From Antedon mediterranea (Eukaryota > Animalia > Echinodermata), in NCBI RefSeq assembly GCF_964355755.1, contig NC_092672.1, positions 14,694,001-14,758,000 on the forward strand: 64,000 bases of DNA, read 5' to 3'. Positions 24,232-39,200 of this stretch are shown piece after piece. The position numbers and the translations under genes were made by a program. The notes beneath the pieces were generated by a model. That model saw only the letters and a list, made by a program, of their open reading frames with translations. It was not told where the DNA came from and did not search any database. The stretch's first letter is position 1, and every line of letters begins with the position of its first letter.

Positions 24232-27200
24232 CTAAAAAAGAAAGAAAAAAAGTTTGTCAAAAGCATTTAACAATCATCAATAATCTAAACATACTCTGAC
24301 ATTCTTAAGATTGGTCTTCCAAGAAAAATGTAAGCACACTTTTGCAAGTTTCTCAGTGTCATGTGTAGGACCAAAAGTATAATACTTGACTTTTATATTT
24401 CTATTTTCTCATAAATTTACTATTATCAAGCTCATTTCATCTCTTTATCGACCTGTTTTTCTTATACTGATTTTTCTTTATATTTTGATGATAAATGAAG
24501 AATATGTCAAAATAATCTAATTCCTTGGCAAAATAAATATTATTGTCTAATAACTGTGTCAATGACATGCATGTATAGCACTATTTGGTGGCAGATGTTT
24601 ACAAACTAACCCAGTAGAGGAAAGGAAAACAAGATGCACATTCTACATAAGTAACACACTAGTGCAAGTGCATGAGTGGCATTGTTTTTATCTTTTCTAA
24701 AAGTGCGAAGGCATATAGTTTACAATTTTTATGAATGTTTTTGTACTTTTATTAAAGTCATAGCTTGTCAAAATATTTAAGTTCACATTTTTTTGTCTCA
24801 TCAGCGACAATCAACGTTGAATGACTCAGTGCTTGATTTTTGCACTATTTGTACTGTTGCAAGGAGTTAATAATAATAGTTATAGTTAATATAACTGCCA
24901 CACCGATCTGAGCGAGATTGTCAGATAAGGAATTTGGTCAAAATAGTGCTCAAACTGTGTCTACAACCGGTCAGAAGTTATTATACGTCAGCTAGACCAT
25001 GAGTTTTTATAACATGTAGCCATAGTATACAGGCACAACACCGGTAAAAAGCAAGCACCCAACATCTTGGCCTCCTAGCTAGGCCAAGATATTGTACTCA
25101 TATAAGAGTATCCTCGATTTATTTGTAACTTAACTATGGCCATAACTTAACTATGGCCATTATTTTATGTTTTCTGTAACACACACTTCCAACATCCTTC
25201 ATGTTTATATTATTTTCGTAAAACTATGGTATAGTCAATTTTGAGGGACTATACCATAGTTGGCTTGAGTGGTTAATTATGTTGGAGGGACAGAAATTGT
25301 CCTCAAATTTTCCCATAAATAATTTTCCATGATGCCACGATTTTTATGCCCATTTCTGTGGAGGTAATGGTCATTGGTAAAGTAAAATTGTTGTTGGTTA
25401 AAATCAACATGACCAGTTCTTGTAAATGAGCTTGATGTGTTTTTCCTTGAATTTGTTTGTAATTTAAAATTCATTGAAATCTAAGGTAGCCACCATAACA
25501 GTCTTATTAGGTAAATTTTACTGTAGCGAATTAATAAGTTACAACTTACATTATGACCTCTGGGTGGTGTCCATGTAAATGTAATGGTCTTTGTTTGTCC
25601 AGCCTCTACCATCCCCCTCTGTAAATCTATTTGGAAGCCTTTTGGTATTGCATTCAGTGGATCAAAATAAAATTCACCATTCTGGTACAAGTAAAAAACA
25701 TATGCATTGCTATAGTAATACCATTAGTGCATTTCATTACATAATCAATTTCCAGCATTGTATTTAAATAGAACAAATACAAATAAAAATAAATTCAATT
25801 TAATATCATTCTTGCATACTATAGTATAAAAAGCTTATACAGTACAGTAATACCTTTTTCTGACTGAATGAGTTGTTACGGATACAGCCAACTTGGATAT
25901 CTCGCTTTGCTGGTATGATTACATCTCCCTTGGAAATTGCATAAAACGTCAACAGCAAAGGAATTACAGGAACATCTGGATTCTTCAGTTTTTCTAAAAT
26001 TAAAGATCTGAAACTTAATATCTTTTTCTATATTCAGCTTGTTTAAAAAAAGTAAAACTAAAGCTTGCAAACCCTTCAGGGCGTGTGCACAGATATTCCT
26101 GAAGCTTCTGCGTAAAAAAAACCTGAAAAACATTCAAATGTATGCTAGGCTATGTTTCAAATTTTGGCCAGCAACCCATAGTTTGGGGAACAACTATTTA
26201 CCTGTCAAAGTTACATAGAAGTACAATATAATACAAAGAAAATGATATAATATTAAGCATTGTAAAGGCTAAAAGTTTCATAGAAACGTATATTATGATC
26301 CTGAAATCAACAATTATAACTGCACATGAAAAAAACCTTATAGGGTAAAAAATGATAAATAGTTTACTTAAAATTGGATATAAAATTCATGGAAAAAAAG
26401 ATTATTGTTGGGAACGAGAACTGGGTGAATATAAGAATTAATAAGTTACTACTGAATTATTTGATTACGACATTTGGTACAAAAAAAAATGTTTGCAGAG
26501 GCAGAAAATTTGATTGCACTAAATTAGTTTTAGTTGGTAAACATATATTTATTTTCAAAAAACATTTCAACTTTTATCTTTCGTAAAATAAATAACATGT
26601 AATAGAATATTAATTTTGCATAACCTTTTTAGAAGAAAAATAATATTTCTTACCATCACTTATTTCTTCAGATTTTAATACTGCAGTAAATGATTCCATT
26701 CCAGAATAAATGTCATCTCCCCCAACAACGTACATGGTGTGTGGGTTAGCACAACCTTTCAAGTAGATTTTATGATCTTCATTCTTATTACATAGTTCAA
26801 TTTGTGCACAGTCAAAGAAGAAATTACTTGTATGGTCAGGAAAGAAGGTTACAAAAATGTCTTGTGTTGCACCTACAAAATACAATTAATATTAGGAAGT
26901 AGCAAAATACAGTAAACATTAGGTAATTTTCATAAAAGAAACCAATAATAAAATGTCAAGGCAGTTTTGGCTGGCTAACAGCTAAACTTCATCTGTTATG
27001 TTTGCTAAGATGACCATTGCGATCCTTTGCAGTTGTTGTTGTCTGTGTGTTCTTTTAACGTAAACGTCTTTATTACAGTATTTGTTTATTTTAAAAACAT
27101 TACCTATTACTACTTTGAAATCAGATAAAGTTGTCCGTTCTTTAGTAAATGATGAACCTTCAGGTCATTGTTTGATGGGAAAATAAATAAATATAAATAA

Positions 27201-30200
27201 AATTTAGAGTCAAGTGGCCGAGCAAACCATAGCTATACAATCAGCACAGTTTCAAGTCAATCTTTGATTATTGTGCTGGTGGTCAGAATTCGAAGTCTTG
27301 ACCTGCTTCTTGGATAAGACCTTAAAACTGGAGGTCCAGTGAACACATCTGGCTTGTATGCACTTTATAGAAGCCATTTTATGTTTCAGAAGAATAGGCA
27401 GTTGCCAGATTCATTTCTACAGCTTTTAACTTTCAATGGAAAGCATTTGTCTGGGATAAGCATGGGTAAAAAATGGGACTGAATTTTTTGCCTCTTTATG
27501 GGTTATTTTGAGCAGAATGTGTTACAAGAATTTATGGAAAAGAAACTGGAATTCTTCAAATGATATATTGATGACTGTGTTGGTTTTATGTCAAGAACAT
27601 CAAATTATTATATGAGAGATATGGCAAAAAGTTGATTTTTATATAATGGCGGCACAAATTTACATAAAAAATATATATGGGACACTCTATGCAATACAGT
27701 AGAAAATCACAAATGTATGTAATTGAATATGTGCATCGTTTCCTTTCACAAACCTGGTTTTAATGTTCCTGCAGATGGTACACAGTCAAATACATTTCTG
27801 CCACTGCAGTTAGAACTACCCATCACTTTTCCGATACTATTGTCTCCATCAACAAAATATGGAAGTTGCTGCTTCATATTATCGTGAAATTCATGTGAAA
27901 GGTTGCTCAACAATCTTATACAATAATCTACAGACAGTGTAGATTTGTTTTCCATCTGCAATTAAAATTCGCTTGTAATTAAATCTTAAATCTATTCAAT
28001 ATTGGCATTCAGTTTGTCCAATTGATGCTGCAAAGCAGTTAAGGGCATTAACTTGCTTTGACCTCCCAGCAGTCATTGTTTGTCAAAAAGGAGTCATTTT
28101 CATTTTTAAAGTATCAAAAAGTAGCAAATGCTGGATGCGAATTTGTGTTTTATTTGGCTAAAATTCCATGTATAATAGGCCTACAATGCATAAAAAAACA
28201 AGGACAATATAAAACTAGATTTGAACTCGTCACTATGGAGTTAGGTTATCCGCCGCACAAACACCACATGCACGTCATACATTAGAATATTGCGCACAGA
28301 AAAACGATTATGCCATTGTGACCTGAAGAAAATAAATGTTAGTGTGCCCTTTCTATTTTGTGTCTAAAGTATATATACAGTATACTATATATACAGTATA
28401 CACTATATACTGTATACATACTACATACAGTGCAGAATAGGTGAAAATAATGGGACCCGCCTTTTATTACAATTTTTAGCATGATGACGTCATCAAAATG
28501 AAACACATAGATAGCAATTTTGGAAGGGAATTATCTGAGCAACAACATATTATCGTGTTGAAGAAATATGGATACGTAGAATTTGGATATTCGCTCTTTT
28601 AAATGTCATAAACTATGACGCAAAATATTAATATACAACTTTTATAATTCAACTGGTCATATGATGACACCAAAACATCCGGTACATGAATTCGTATCTA
28701 CAATTCAACAGCTCCAGAAAACTTTTTAATCATGAGCTATAACATATTGAAATTTACTGTAATGATGATAATAAGTGACTCAAGTTATTCATGAATTTGA
28801 ACATGACATCATCAAAATTTTTAAAATGATAAATCATGTGAAAGATAATTGATTGACCTAGACAATATCAAAATCTGATTATATTCGATGACGTCACAAT
28901 GTCCAGTTAGCCATATTGATGCATGATCCGATATTTACAACTCATCAACTTTCAGAATACGTCCCGTTTAGTTTTGAAACTATGACTGTTTAAAGAAAGG
29001 CATAATTTTAACCAGTTTTTGAACATTTTCATCAAAAACGACGTGCTCGTATGACATGATTTTAAGCCGAAATGGTAAAATTAAGAGGCTGGAAAAACAT
29101 AAATCACACGGATAAAATATGTTTTTCACCACACACGCACAAATTTGCTTAAAATGACAAGAAATGCGTAGAAAGTTGATTAGAAATTGTACTTTTAATT
29201 TGTAAACTTTCACGTGAATGACAATATGTTGAGAAAGTTACAAAAATGTTATGTTTGCAAGTTTTAGAGATACGAGAGACACAAAAACTACAGAAAACGA
29301 AAAAAATTGTACCTTAAAAGATTCAGTTAAATTCTCTCCAACAATCACATATCCAAAGTTCAACAAGTCATCCTCTAGTGAAGTACTGACCAGTGGCTGC
29401 ATACCTTGACCGTTTAATGACACACACAATGTTGATGTAACACATTTTATATTTAGCACTTCAACAAACTGCATGAAATGTGAAAAAACAAAACTTTTAA
29501 ACTATTAAGAAATATACTGTATTTTGCAATTTTAAATCTTTCTTGATATATTACAAATATTACTATATATAAAACACTATATATATAACCCTATTATTGA
29601 TAGATTTATTAAACTGAAAGGCATAAATAATATGGGACCAATTATGTCGAATGAGCAACTAAACAGTATAAAACAACTGTGTGCATGAATGAAATCAATC
29701 AATCCGTGTGTGAACGGCATGGCCAGATATTCTTATGAATATATGCACATTTAATAAGCTAAAGCAAGATTGGGTAAATTTTCAACAGTGCTTCATTTTA
29801 ATTGTTTAGTTCAGTAACATTTTTTTTTTTTAAATAAAAAGACATTTTGTGAAAAAGGATAATGTGAACTTACCACTTTGGCTATTTTTGGAGAAAATGC
29901 AATAAGTAATGTGTGGGTGGCATTTGGTGGAAGGGACCTTATTGCATTTAACAACTGGAATGGTCCACAGGTATCAAGTACACTACTTGTTAACTGGTGA
30001 AATAAATTAAGGAATAGTTTACAGGAATTCTGCTTAACCAGTTAAAACCAACCACAGGCATATACGTGGTTGAGACTGGCATTGGGACCACAAACAATCA
30101 GGTTTATTTCAACAAATAACAAACTGAACCTAACCCTCTAAATATCCTATCTTATAAGCTATCCATAAAGTGAATAATAATTGCTCTCAATAGAACAACT

Positions 30201-33200
30201 AATACTGGAAAAACAGGTTGGACAGGGTGTACTGCGTCATGTCCAAAGGTGTCACCATCATCGTTCAACAGGTTAGACAGGGTGTACTGCGTCATGTTGA
30301 AAGGTGTCACCATCATCGTTCAACAGGTTAGACAGGGTGTACTGCGTCATGTCGAAAGGTGTCACCATCATCGTCCAACAGGTTAGACAGGGTGTACTGC
30401 GTCATGTCCAAAGGTATCACCATCATCGTCCGATCCTTCACTTAGTACTTTCGTGAAGTTAGTGTACTAGGAGGAAGCATTGTGCTTGGAAATGTAAAGC
30501 ATTCAGATTAAAAACACTTTACGATGTGTTCATTAACTGGGTTACACCTTGTACAATTACAGTTATGAGTGTTAAATTAACTGGGTTACACCTTGTACAA
30601 TTACAGTTATGAGTGTTAAATTAACTGGGTTACACCTTGTACAATTACAGTTATGAGTGTTAAATTAACTGGGTTACACCTTGTACAATTACAGTTATGA
30701 GTGTTAAATTAACTGGGTTACACCTTGTACAATTACAGTTATGAGTGTTAAATTAACTGGGTTACACCTTGTACAATTACAGTTATGAGTGTTAAATTAA
30801 CTGGGTTACACCTTGTACAATTACAGTTATGAGTGTTAAATTAACTGGGTTACACCTTGTACAATTACAGTTATGAGTGTTAAATTAACTGGGTTACACC
30901 TTGTACAATTACAGTTATGAGTGTTAAATTAACTGGGTTACACCTTGTACAATTACAGTTATGAGTGTTAAACTAACTGGGTTACACCTTGTACAATTAC
31001 AGTTATGAGTGTTAAACTAACTGGGTTACACCTTGTACAATTACAGTTATGAGTGTTAAATTAACTGGGTTACACCTTGTACAATTACAGTTATGAGTGT
31101 TAAACTAACTGGGTTACACCTTGTACAATTACAGTTATGAGTGTTAAACTAACTGGGTTACACCTTGTACAATTACAGTTATGAGTGTTAAATTAACTGG
31201 GTTACACCTTGTACAATTACAGTTATGAGTGTTAAATTAACTGGGTTACACCTTGTACAATTACAGTTATGAGTGTTAAACTAACTGGGTTACACCTTGT
31301 ACAATTACAGTTATGAGTGTAAAACTTATTAAGGTCAGTGTAAAGGTACAGTAGATAACAAACTTTCAAAACTAGTTTTCGAAAGTTGACTGTATTTGTG
31401 ACTAGATGGGACAGTGGGATCTGTTAGTGAAACTTGTCACACTGGGTCCGAATGGATGCGAATAAACCAGACACACGAATGCATGAGTTGAGTTGTGCTG
31501 TTGTAAGAGCGTGATGACAATAGGTGAGATAAAACCTGCATCTGGATCCAAATAGAGTAAACTTATCTTCCAATTCTTAAATAGCCTTAATTCTCGATGA
31601 TTGGATTTTCAGTCGGCCTATATCAATAGAGTTCCTGCTTTAGAAATAGGTCATTACCAAGTGCCTGGAATCCAGATGCTCCGTCAGCACGAATATTGCA
31701 TGGGGAGGCCATCAAGGGGATGGCATGTCAAGAAAACATGCAACTGTGAATGACACCACCACTTATGTCTTATCGTTTGTGGATATTATACGGTATATTC
31801 CAATATATACTGTATATTTTGTAACCCATTTCTGCAGCCTTCAAAACATGTTTTGACCCATGGCACGAGGTAACATGTTGCTTTGACCCATGGCACGAGG
31901 TAACATGTTGCTTTGACCCATGGCACGAGGTAACATGTTGCTTTGACCCATGGCACGAGGTAACATGTTGCTTTGACCCATGGCACGAGGTAACATGTTG
32001 CTTTGATGTGCTTAGCAGAATATAACAGAGGAAAAGGAAAGGAAGTTGGATCACCGCAAATTATAAATCAATCTCAAATGGAATTAAGGCAGAATTTAGG
32101 TGAACTCTCTTCAAAACAAATTAACATCAAGAATAGTCCATAAGAGTTTTAGTTTAGATAGGTAAGTTTTAGACGGTGTGTTTGCTTTTTGACCCTATGT
32201 CTTCAATGAGTCCAAGCAGTTTTTGTGTTGATGGTCTCAGAAGGTTGGCGAACTGTTTCAATATGTATTTACTTTAATGTGAAAAAGTGAGTTTAAACAG
32301 TCTATAATGATGTCCTTGTGTACTGTACATCTGCTTACATTACATTTCATTTGAAAGAGGACCTCCTTTGCTACAAATATGTTTCATACAAGGCTGTTAA
32401 GCAAGAAACTTTAACAACTTTTTCATATGAATATGAATGGGTCACATGATGTTGTACTCTTTCAAGTACATTTATGTCCTTTTGAAGTTACGGATTCCAT
32501 ACCTGAACACAAAATTCAAGGTGAGAGCATACATTGTTTGTATGTAACATTACAGTCTATATCAATGTGTATAAGAGTCCTCTTGATACTTCATAAACAG
32601 TTCATGCCTCAGTGAGATATATTCTGGCACAATGTTGGCTAGGTTTGCAGTCATTAATGATTAATACTTCTAAATCTTTATTTTCTCAACTGCTTCTAAT
32701 TCGTTAATTTGGTATTTACAATGAACATTTGAGTGATCAAAGTGCATTTATTTTTATTAAAAGCCAACATCCAGTCTACAATTCAACAAGAAAAGAACTA
32801 TAATTTTAAAAAAAAGATAACACAAAGTCTGCAGGGTTACTTGTCTCCATTATGAATTACTTGCTCGATTGGGGTTTTGGTAATCATTTCGACTTTTATT
32901 TATCGACATAATAAATGAAATCAAAATTACGATGTTTTTCATTAGGTTTATCATGATGGATATTGAGAAAGCAAAAAATCCTCAATAGTGGAGTGTGCGT
33001 ACGATTACGTCGCACAGACTTACAAATGACGTTTTGGGTAAAACAACAACATTTTTAACAATACAATAGAAGTGTGGTTACAGATCTTGAGTACCTGTAC
33101 ATGTATAGTTTGCAAATTAGACTCCTGTGGTCTATATTGCTCAAAGAGAAATTAATTTAAATTATATTATATTTATTCCAGAACAATACAATTTACAAAC

Positions 33201-36200
33201 AATAAAATAACAAACATACTGTGGGATTCCAACAGCAAACTCGGTCACTTTCAATGGCACATCCCAGCCAGGAATGACACAAAGTTTTACAATTTAAAAT
33301 AAGTAAAATAGATTGGTAAAAACCATAAATCTATTACTTCATATTCATTAACATTGATATCAATACATATATATATAAACAAGTATAAACACAAGTTTTT
33401 TTGCAGAGTGCTAAAAACTTTGTATTCATATTATATTTTGAGATGAGCAAACAAGAAGCATCAACAGGCTTGGAAATGTTTCAATTGTGAAAAAAAAAAA
33501 TACATTGAAGAAAGGATACATCCTGTACAATATGTGAAATGTTCTGAATTGTGATAGATTTGATGATCCGTTGACCAATAGAGACATCATCAAAGTCCAG
33601 TATGGTTTGACCGTTATTTGATATCACAACAATAGGCGGCTTAATAGTTGGACAATGCACTTCCAAATACAAGGTATTGTGAACACTAAAAGATAACAAA
33701 ATAAAAGAAGGTTCTATATTGTTTCTATTTGTTTTGAAAGTCCCTGTAAAAGCTGATCAAAAATAAAAAAATCACTAAAACTAACAAACAAATGACAATT
33801 TAAGATAATGCATTTCCTCTGGTATTATTTGCCCATGATCACACATAACTCTGATAATAATCAACTAGAATTTAATTTGTCACTTTGACGAATTATAGGT
33901 GATCATTTTATAATTTTACTGACATTAAATTAAAAAAAAACATCCACATACGTTAAATATGATCGCAAACATGTTGTTGGTGTTTCTACGGTAAAGTACA
34001 TTACTGTAGCTGGAGGTTTTAATACATAAGTGATGGATTGTAGCTGGAGGTTTTAATACATAAGTGATGGATTGTTCTACATTAACAGTTGTTAAAACAT
34101 TAGCTGGCATAACAAACATAAAGAAAACCTGTGACTAGTAACCGGTTTGTGACATGGTTGTGGAAATAAGCTTTTTGTTATGCAAATTGTGTAAACTTTC
34201 TTGATCTTTCTTTTTTTGTTAAAGGGCTTGATAATACTGATAGATCAATCTGGTAGGTGTGTTAAAGGGCTTGATAATACTGATAGATCAATCTGGTAGG
34301 TGTTTTAAAGGGCTTGATAATACTGATAGATCAATCTGGTAGGTGTTTTAAAGGGCTTGATAATACTGATAGATCAATCTGGTAGGTGTTTTAAAGGGCT
34401 TGATAATACTGATAGATCAATCTGGTAGGTGTTTTAAAGGGCTTGATAATACTGATAGATCAATCTGGTAGGTGTTTTAAAGGGCTTGATAATACTGATA
34501 GATCAATCTGGTAGGTGTTTAATAAAGGGCTTGATAATACTGATCAATCTGGTAGGTGTTTTCAAGTTACAAACATAATAAAAAAAGGGAAAATGCAATA
34601 CCTGTATGGTAATGTAGCAGGATAAGCAGGTGTCCCAGTGGCGACAAAGCAAGGTATTGAATAACTGCTAAATGAATTGATGAACTGACGATACAATGAC
34701 GTCCTTGCCAAAGAATAATCATTAGAGCTGATTCAATGAAAAAAAAAAAACCTTTTGGAGTTGCATTAACCAATTCAAATACAACTATTTTTACATTCAA
34801 CATTTAGAAAAGGTTAATATATATTTGTTACACGAATAGAAATACTCTATTCTATTCTATTTAGGTTTTTATATGGCGCCCTACAAAGAACAGAGCGCCT
34901 AACAATACTTAGTAATTTATTAAAAAGAAAAGTTTTAAGTTGACGTTTAAATAGAGGTGCCGAATTCGCTACTCTTAAATCGACAGGCAGCGCGTTCCAG
35001 ATCCGCGGAGCGGCGACAGAAAAAGCATTGTCACCAGCTTTCCGATTAGATCGTGGAACGAAAAGTCGGGTGGGATCATTAGAGGAGCGAAGTCGACACC
35101 TGTAATTAAATGAAAGCTGGTCACGGTTAAACTTAATTAAATCAAAATTGTACAAAGGAACAACAGAGTAAATACATTTATAAACAAAAACAATAACTTT
35201 GTACAAAATCCTTTTTTTTATATGAAGCCAATGGAGATCTTTCAATAAAACATCCGAGGGCTGATCCCGTCCACACACAAAGACCAGCTGCGCCGCCTTG
35301 TTCTGCAATCGCTGTAATTGTTTAAGATCAACTTCGCGGGCATCAAGCAAGAGCGAGTTAGCATAGTCAAGGCGGGACAGGATCAGTCCCCTGACGGCAT
35401 TGTGGCAAGCATCCTTAGTAATAAATTTACGTATGCGCCACAAGTTACGAAGTTGGTAATTCAATGACTCTAAACCGTCCATTCATATACTGATCAACTA
35501 TTAATTAATTTTTAAACATTTATGATGAGGAAATCTGTGAGATTTAGTATAACTACAGGTTTCTTGGCATTAAACATTAAAACTATTTAAAAATCATTAT
35601 ACTTTAAAAACCGTTATACAAGTTATTCATCGATAAACACTTAACAATGAAAAACAACAATACAAAAAGTCCAATAACTTATCTTGGAACTCATTTTTAT
35701 GTAGTCTGTGGCACTAATTAAGAATGAACATTTATGTATATATTTTTTTTTTATTGGAATAGTCTAAAAAATATCTTCTGAAATAATTTGCACAAAAGAA
35801 TGAAAAATAAAGCAATTCGAAACTGGTTTGTTGTCTACCTTGATTGAATATCCTCTGGCACTGGTAGAATAACATCTTTTGGTAACACTGACAGCAGCAC
35901 ACCACTACTAGTCCTCCCACCTCGTCCTTTGTTACTTGCAGATTTAATACCTGTTTTTTTTGTTGATTTTTTTCCTTTTTGCTAATAAAAAAAATTGATT
36001 TGTAATTATTAATGCCACCAAGGTTTAAAACATGGAACAGGAGACTACAAGAATATTCAAATGCAAAACGTAGAAGAATTGTTATATATTTTACTAATAG
36101 TAAAGATAACCACTTCCTAGACGACAATGAAATGCAGTATTATACCCTAGTGTACACCAAAGATGATGACGGAAAATAATTAAAAATAATATTAACAAGC

Positions 36201-39200
36201 AATGGTGCAGATCCTGGTGGACATATTCCTCTCACTTTTTGACAGAAAACTCCAGAATTTGTTATATATGTATTTGCTGTAGTGTTGATTATTATGTGAG
36301 CAATTATGGGGTGTAATTTTCTCAAATTTTCTCATTGCAATTCTTATCTTGGCATATAACTTTGCACACAATACTAAAAATAAAAAAAGGAAAAACCCCT
36401 GTCTACTTGGCAAAGAACTATTTTTAACCATTATCGTAACACAACGTAAAGTCGTGAAATGCAAATGGTTAATGCTGAAAACTGAAGATTTACTAAGGTT
36501 CACATAAGGTTAGTTAATAGTTTGCTGACTTTTTCCTTAAAGACCACCTGGACAACACCCACTAGGACAACCTACCCATTATAGACTGTACCATTATTAG
36601 AGTGGGGGTGTATGACAATGTAGGTGTTCGCGTGTTTTTTTTTACAATAGAGTGAGGTGCTTGATGGAGAGGCATCAGATAAGTACAATGAAAACCGACA
36701 ATCATGGGCAACATACCCTACATAATAATATGCCAATTGGAATCTGCTAATTTTAGCCAATCAGAACTCTTTTTAAAAGTTAGGACTGGTAAAACACATT
36801 GATGTAACATACCTCAGATGGCTCTATGACATTTTTCTGAGCCAAAAGTTTTGCTTCTTGCACTTCCTTCTGGACTTGAGCTTTCAATGATTTGGTGACA
36901 ATGTTGACAGCCTCATGTTGAATGTCAGTATCTGTCAACATTGGATTAAATCTGACACTAATCTTCTTTCTCTGATAAAAATAAATTAAACACGCATCAT
37001 GAAAGCTATTTCAATGAGCAAACATGGAAGATAAACAGAGAGTAAAAGTTCAGGTAGCTGTATATTCCAGAATAAAATGATCACCTATTATTATTATATA
37101 TTATTATTATATTGTTATTGTATGAATCTCAAAAAGTTAAATGTCAATGACAAACATTCACAATATCTTTCAAACAATTTAACTTCCTAATAAGCTTTTC
37201 AGCGTGATCACTCACCACATTCTCAATCATATCTCCATAACTCGTCATAAAATATCAATAAAATTCACTATACGTAAACTTCAGGTGAAGGGTAAAAATA
37301 TTAGCAAATAAAAACACACGCGTACATAGGGTCAGGCATGTTACAAATTTGAAAAGCTGAAAATTATGTTTTGATCAATTTAGAGCATGTTTCAAAAAAT
37401 TACTGCGCATAAACACGTTTTTGCGTGCATGATAAAAGAAACAAAAGTCCATTTTGAATTAAAATAACGCTATACGAGCAGGTTAAAAATGGCAAAATGC
37501 GCACAATAATTGCACAAAAGTGCTGACAATGGTAAAAAAATAAGGCATTTTAAAAATGAAAATAGTTCTTCAGAATGCACAATGACCCGCTAATTTTTTT
37601 AATTTATTCTGGAAGCCATTGAGTTGTAGATATTCATGTACACATCCGACATACAAAATGTTGTGACGTCATCAAATGGCCACTTCGTTTTAGTTTTTTT
37701 TTCTCTTTCTTCATATATTATCACATTCAACAGAATGCATCTTGCTTATTTGTGCCTGATTTTGTGTTATTTTGAAGAATGCACCTTTGTAGTATAAGTG
37801 TGCACATGATAATTATTTAATATCAATTATGTGTCGATTTTTAGACGTGAACTTTGAGTTGTTTGGAGGAAATCTAGTCTGCAACAACTATAGTCGCATT
37901 TTACAATATTGCCGAAGAAAAAATTATCCACTGAGGAAACCTTGACTGGAACAAATGTCCTGTTTTAGACCAGGCACTTTGAGCATTTTTAATGTAGTAG
38001 GCCTGTCAAGATCCTATTTTGTAATAACATTCTAAAACTTGGCACACTGGGATACCAAAAACACAAAAATGGAAGGTTTGTCCAAAAAAGGAAAAACATC
38101 TACACTAAACATGTTTGAAAGGCCTGTGCCCATGAATTGTGGTATATGCGTATGCTACAAGGAGTTGAACATGAATAATGCCTTTGTAAAGTTTCTTTTT
38201 AAAATTATACACTACTCTGCTCTGATGCCATAAAAAAGTATGTTGCACAACTTCAAGGCAAGGTCTATGCTGGAAAAGTTACAATTGTTTATACATATTA
38301 TTTATAAAAAAATGAATTAAAATTACTCACAGAGCCAACATCAATAGTTCCAATAGATGGTGAAATTTCTAATGGAGCATCTTTTGGAATGCAAAACTCA
38401 AATGATATTGGTCCAACAGGAAACACGGAACCATTGCCAATTCTGGGAACTAGATGAGTGAATTCATTGGCACTTTTGTGAGAGTTGATTATATCTATAG
38501 TAGCTGTCGAGGAATCACCAAGGGCTGTTGCAGGAAAATGAATGATGGAATTTGAAATGGTTATAGGTGGGTGAACTCCTATACCTTTACAACGAATCTT
38601 GAAATCTCTGAAAAAATTTGATTAGTAAAAACAATTTTTAGGCTGTTACACTTTCTGTATTTGTTTCTTTTTAATTATCAGATTGAAAGATTTTAAATTC
38701 TAAACTCGATTTTTAGAAACCAGAGGGTCCACTAAAAAGTTTGATATTAATTTAATAATATAAAGCAAACTCAGAACGTATTTGTATATTGTATATTTAT
38801 ATGTACCAAGAGTTTAAAGATGGAAAATGAATTGAGACTTCCGGGTCACTAATTATTTGCTGCACTATTCAAAGACAATAGACACCATATTCATTTTGGA
38901 AGTTAATTTTGCAATAAAATGATAAAAGGATTCCTGATTTTTAATTAAAGAAATAATCTCTGTATTCATAGATTATAAATGGTTTTGGCAAAATCTTTCA
39001 GTGAATGCCACAACAAATACAGAAATTAAAAATAGTTAAAAGGCATACCTATTAATTCCTGATCTACATGTCAGTTCAAAAGAGTAGACTGCAGCCTTTT
39101 TTGGTTTAAATATTACATCTAACTCAATGCTTTCCAATGGTAACATGGTTCCAAATCCATCATTTGGTTGAACATCAACATACTGAAATTACACAATTTT

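Larger units (their letters stand above)
29994..33519 (-). other. U12-type (minor spliceosome) GT-AG intron of CFAP74
   Basis: Donor GTATCCTTT at 33519-33511; branch site TTCCTTAAT at 30014-30006, about 10 nt before the AG; phase 0 join keeps the frame. Confidence 0.9.

Noticed and set aside
25994-26122. Upstream acceptor at 26123 for the VGCIR exon
   Set aside because: It gives an in-frame TGA; the acceptor at 25994 keeps the frame.
31770-32054. ORFs with KQHVTSCHGS or PWVKATCYLV repeats
   Set aside because: They are translations of the 30-bp minisatellite with no gene context.
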